Source: Octopus bimaculoides (lineage: Eukaryota). From it: 35,847 nucleotides of DNA. The stretch spans positions 5,936,389-5,972,235 of the forward strand of contig NC_068982.1 of the NCBI RefSeq assembly GCF_001194135.2. Reading direction: 5' to 3'. Shown here one piece after another: positions 32,596 to 35,847 of this stretch. The notes below the pieces were generated by a model. It saw nothing but the letters and a program-made list of their open reading frames with translations, searched no databases and was not told where the DNA came from. A program made the position numbers and the translations under genes. Within the stretch, counting starts at the first letter, position 1. The number at the start of each line of letters is the position of its first letter.

Positions 32596-33519
32596 TATAT
32601 ATATGATATGTGTGTGCGTGTGCGTGTGAGTGTTTGTCTAAATATTTATGTGTGCAAGTATACAAAGTATGGGGTTTAGTTCACAAGTGATCTAAACGAT
32701 TAGGTACGCTAGGTAAGTGTTGTAATGGATTATTAGGGCTGCAAGGTTATAGCTGAGATGGTAGTTATGGAGCCATTGCAGATTTCCGATACAGCAGATA
32801 TAACTGTTAAAGAGGACAACAAACGTTAAGGCAAGGCAAACATCTCAAGTTGTATACATTATTATTATTGGAAAAAATTCGAACAATCTTAGAAATGTCT
32901 ATGTAATTGATGAATCAGTATAATAATAGGTCATAATGACATGTGCTAAAATTTGAAACCGATATTAAAAGCGGTCATGTCACCTGTCCTTTGCATTGCG
33001 ATCATCAGAGGAATGGGGAAAAGGGAAAGCAGTGGCTGTGGTGAAGTTGAAAACAGAAGACAAAATTTATAAAGAGAAGTGGATTACGAAGAGAAATAGA
33101 TGGGGGGGGGGGGCTGAGTGAGAGGGATGTGGAGAGAGATAAAAAGTCAGCAGTCGTCTGCGATGAAAAAAGGCATTCAAACAGCAGAATATATAGAAGG
33201 GAAGAGAGAATTAGAGAGGAAGAAATAACATGAGAGGGCAGAGGCAGAAAGAAATATAGAGCTATACAATGGATATGGCGCGTGCGGGGGGGGGGGTAAA
33301 TAGAGAAATATTGTAGTCAGAGACACTGGGAATGAGTGAACGACACACATGCACACACGCGCGCACACACATACGTATCTCTGTAAATATATATAGAAGT
33401 GTGCAAAAAAGCAATGTTTGTAAAATTCGAACGCTACATCTGCTGCGTGTTTTTCTATCAAACTCTCTCTGTCTCTCACTCTCACTCACTCTCTCTCTCT
33501 CTCTCTCTCTCTTTCTTCC

Positions 33520-33645
33520 CCTCCCTCTCAACACCGGTTGTCTAGCCGTAGTGGGTGAGACACAAGCATACACACAAATATATATAGACTGAACCCGGAA
33601 CCATGCGGTTGGGAAGCAAACTTCTTACCACACAGCTACGCCTGT
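33520..33645 (-). mobile_element. SINE-C fragment with internal deletion
   Basis: CACCGGTTGTC..GC.GTAGTGGG...GACTGAACCCGGAACCATGCGGTTGGGAAGCAAACTTCTTACCACACAGC. Confidence 0.75.
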
Positions 33646-34424
33646 ATCTAAATTGTTGGCAATAGCCCCCATACATTCTTATTTTACTTAAAAAACAATT
33701 TCCCAATGGAGAAAAGGGAAAGTTATCTTAAATAGTTTTCACCTACTTTTCTTTAATGTGAATAGACTAATTTTTTTAACAAGTGCTGAATACATTTAAA
33801 TGTGGCATATAAATAAATCTTTAATCAAAAACAATATAATGATTCATGAATGTTGCCAAATTAGCACAGCCTATGAATTTGTAGAATAGAAAAGAAATTG
33901 AATTGAATAATTAATTTAAAAGTTTTTAAAGCAAGCGCAAAAGCGCGTAATTTGAACTTTATCAACTTACGAAGCATGCCATAGCACGATTCCATCAAGT
34001 TCAAGATAATACAAATTGTAAATATAATGAATTAAAGAATATGACCAAAAGAATAGACTCTGAACAATTACATATATTAAATGGCGAGGTTGGGGAATAG
34101 TTGTCCCGCGAAGACCCATACTTCATGAGAAGAAAAAGGAACGGAAGTGGAGGGTTGAGAATGTAAAAAAACAATTGTCCCTTTAGTTTTTTTGTTTTTT
34201 TTTTTTTCAAAATCGTAATTTCTGTTGTATGAAAATACGGAAATACCAAAAAAAGTGAAGATAAAAAAAAAACAACAAAAACGTACCCTTTTTCTTTCTC
34301 AGAAAATATGTGACTTCAAAGTAGAGCTTTTACAAAACTCTGGCCATTCACCTAACTAAATGATGTTATTCTTGTATTTAGACTTACAAAAGTTTTCTTC
34401 GCACTTTTTATTCATTTTAATTTT

Positions 34425-34800
34425 TATCTTTTTCTCGTTTCCGTCATAGACCAGCGGCCATGCTGGAGCACCGACTTGAAGGATATCGCAGAACAAATCG
34501 CTCCTAGTAATTGTTTTTAAAGTCTGGGACTTATTCTATCGGACGCTTTCAAACCAACATGGATGGGGAAGACAAACACAAACGCAAAACAACCCTCACA
34601 CACACATGCACATACGTATATACATATACAATCAGAGTTTCTGTTTAACAAAACCACTCACAAAGCATTGGCCAGCTCGCGTCTGTTGTAGAAAACACTC
34701 GCCCAAGATGTCGCTCAGTGGGAATGATCTCAATACCCCGTGATTTACCAAATGAGCTTTTTAACCATACAGCTATGCCTGTAGCTATGCTATGCTTACA
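34425..34800 (-). mobile_element. SINE-C, old degenerate copy
   Basis: GCGGCCATGCTGGAGCACCG...TTATTCTATCGG...CCACTCACAAAGC...CTCGCCCAAGATGTCGCTCAGTGGGA. Confidence 0.7.
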
Positions 34801-35255
34801 CAGGCGCATGCGTATATTTTTACAAGATCATTTTCTACCGACAAAATTGCTAAAGAATTCAATGTCGTTTTTGTGTCATGACCGGCCGTTAGAATGTCTT
34901 TATAAGTCTTAGTTGGTCAACCCTGTTAGTTTTGGACCCAAAATTGAGGAACGTTTTAAAATAAACACCCGTGTGGAAAATTATAAAGGAAATGGAAGGG
35001 CTGAGGATCAGAGGTTTCTGTGTTAATTTTGAATAATACATCTACAATTTCTTGAAATTACATTTGTTCTTGGAGTGGCAATGAACGTGTAATGAATATG
35101 TAAAATAGAAAACTAATAGAGTCCCATAATTTACACAAAACGTATCTATATCTATATGACGCATACTGGGTATACTCCCCACTCCACCGCTTCATGGGGA
35201 CCTTCCCTTCTACGATTTTTGCCATTTTTCATACAACTTTTCAAACAAGACAAAA

Positions 35256-35430
35256 AGCGCAGGCGTGGCTGTAGAGTTAGAAGCTTCCGTGGTTAGTCGT
35301 ACACAGCTGTGTGATTAGTCCCACTGTGTGACACCTACTTAGCGTAGGAATGTCTTCTACTACAGCCTCAACCTAATTAAAGCCTTGTGACTGAAGTAGT
35401 TGGACGGAAATTGAAAGGAAGCCTCGTGTT
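35256..35430 (+). mobile_element. SINE-C 5' half, degenerate
   Basis: GCAGGCGTGGCTG...AGTCCCACTG.GTG.CACC...TGTCTTCTACTA.AGCCTC...GGACGGAAATTGAAAG. Confidence 0.7.
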
Positions 35431-35449
35431 TATGCATATTTTATTCTTC

Positions 35450-35632
35450 TATTTCTTTTACTTGCTTCAGTCTTTTGACTGCGGCCATGCCGGAGTACTG
35501 CCTTTAGTCGAGCAAGTTGATCTCAGGACTTATTCTTTGCAAGCCTAGTACTTATTCTACCGGTCACTTTTGCCAAACTGCTAAGTTATAGTGATGTAAA
35601 CACACCAAACCCGGTTGTCAAGCTGTAGTGGG

Positions 35633-35672
<40 letters not shown>

Positions 35673-35847
35673 CACATACGCACACACACACACACACGGC
35701 GAGTTTCTTTCAGTTTCCATCTACTAATTCCACTTCCAAGGCTTTCGTCGGCTTGAGGCTATAGTAGAAGACGCTTGCTCAAGGTGCACGCAGTGGGACT
35801 GAACCCGGAACCATGTGGTTAGGATGCAAGCTTCTTACCACACAAAC
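35450..35847 (-). mobile_element. SINE-C, near full length (head runs off window), internal (GACA)n/(CA)n
   Basis: Aligns to 7819-8235. Confidence 0.9.

Overview
Gene-poor, AT-rich animal genomic DNA from a draft assembly: eleven N gaps (about 4.3 kb), most bordered by microsatellites. The repeat content suggests an octopus (inference; no search run). No intact protein-coding gene is supported, and long ORF-track entries running through X are gap artefacts. The resolved sequence is mostly transposon debris. It holds at least five tRNA-derived SINE families, which I label SINE-A, -B, -C, -D and -H. It also holds LINE remnants (R4/Dong x2, CR1/L2-group, RTE x2, I/Jockey-like), a Ty3/Gypsy integrase fragment, Tc1/mariner remnants, a hAT Charlie/Buster transposase remnant with a matching TSD-flanked MITE, and a Penelope-like end. 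The main unexplained signal is six type I hammerhead-ribozyme (HHR)-like motifs from four unrelated repeat families, all with a short self-complementary or nearly self-complementary helix III. Three belong to SINE-H, which has a tRNA-like Pol III head, an (AAT)n spacer and an HHR-bearing tail. One SINE-H copy sits in a 10-bp TSD together with a 5' inverted head-tail chimera. This suggests a non-autonomous, ribozyme-carrying SINE possibly mobilised by Penelope-like machinery (inference).
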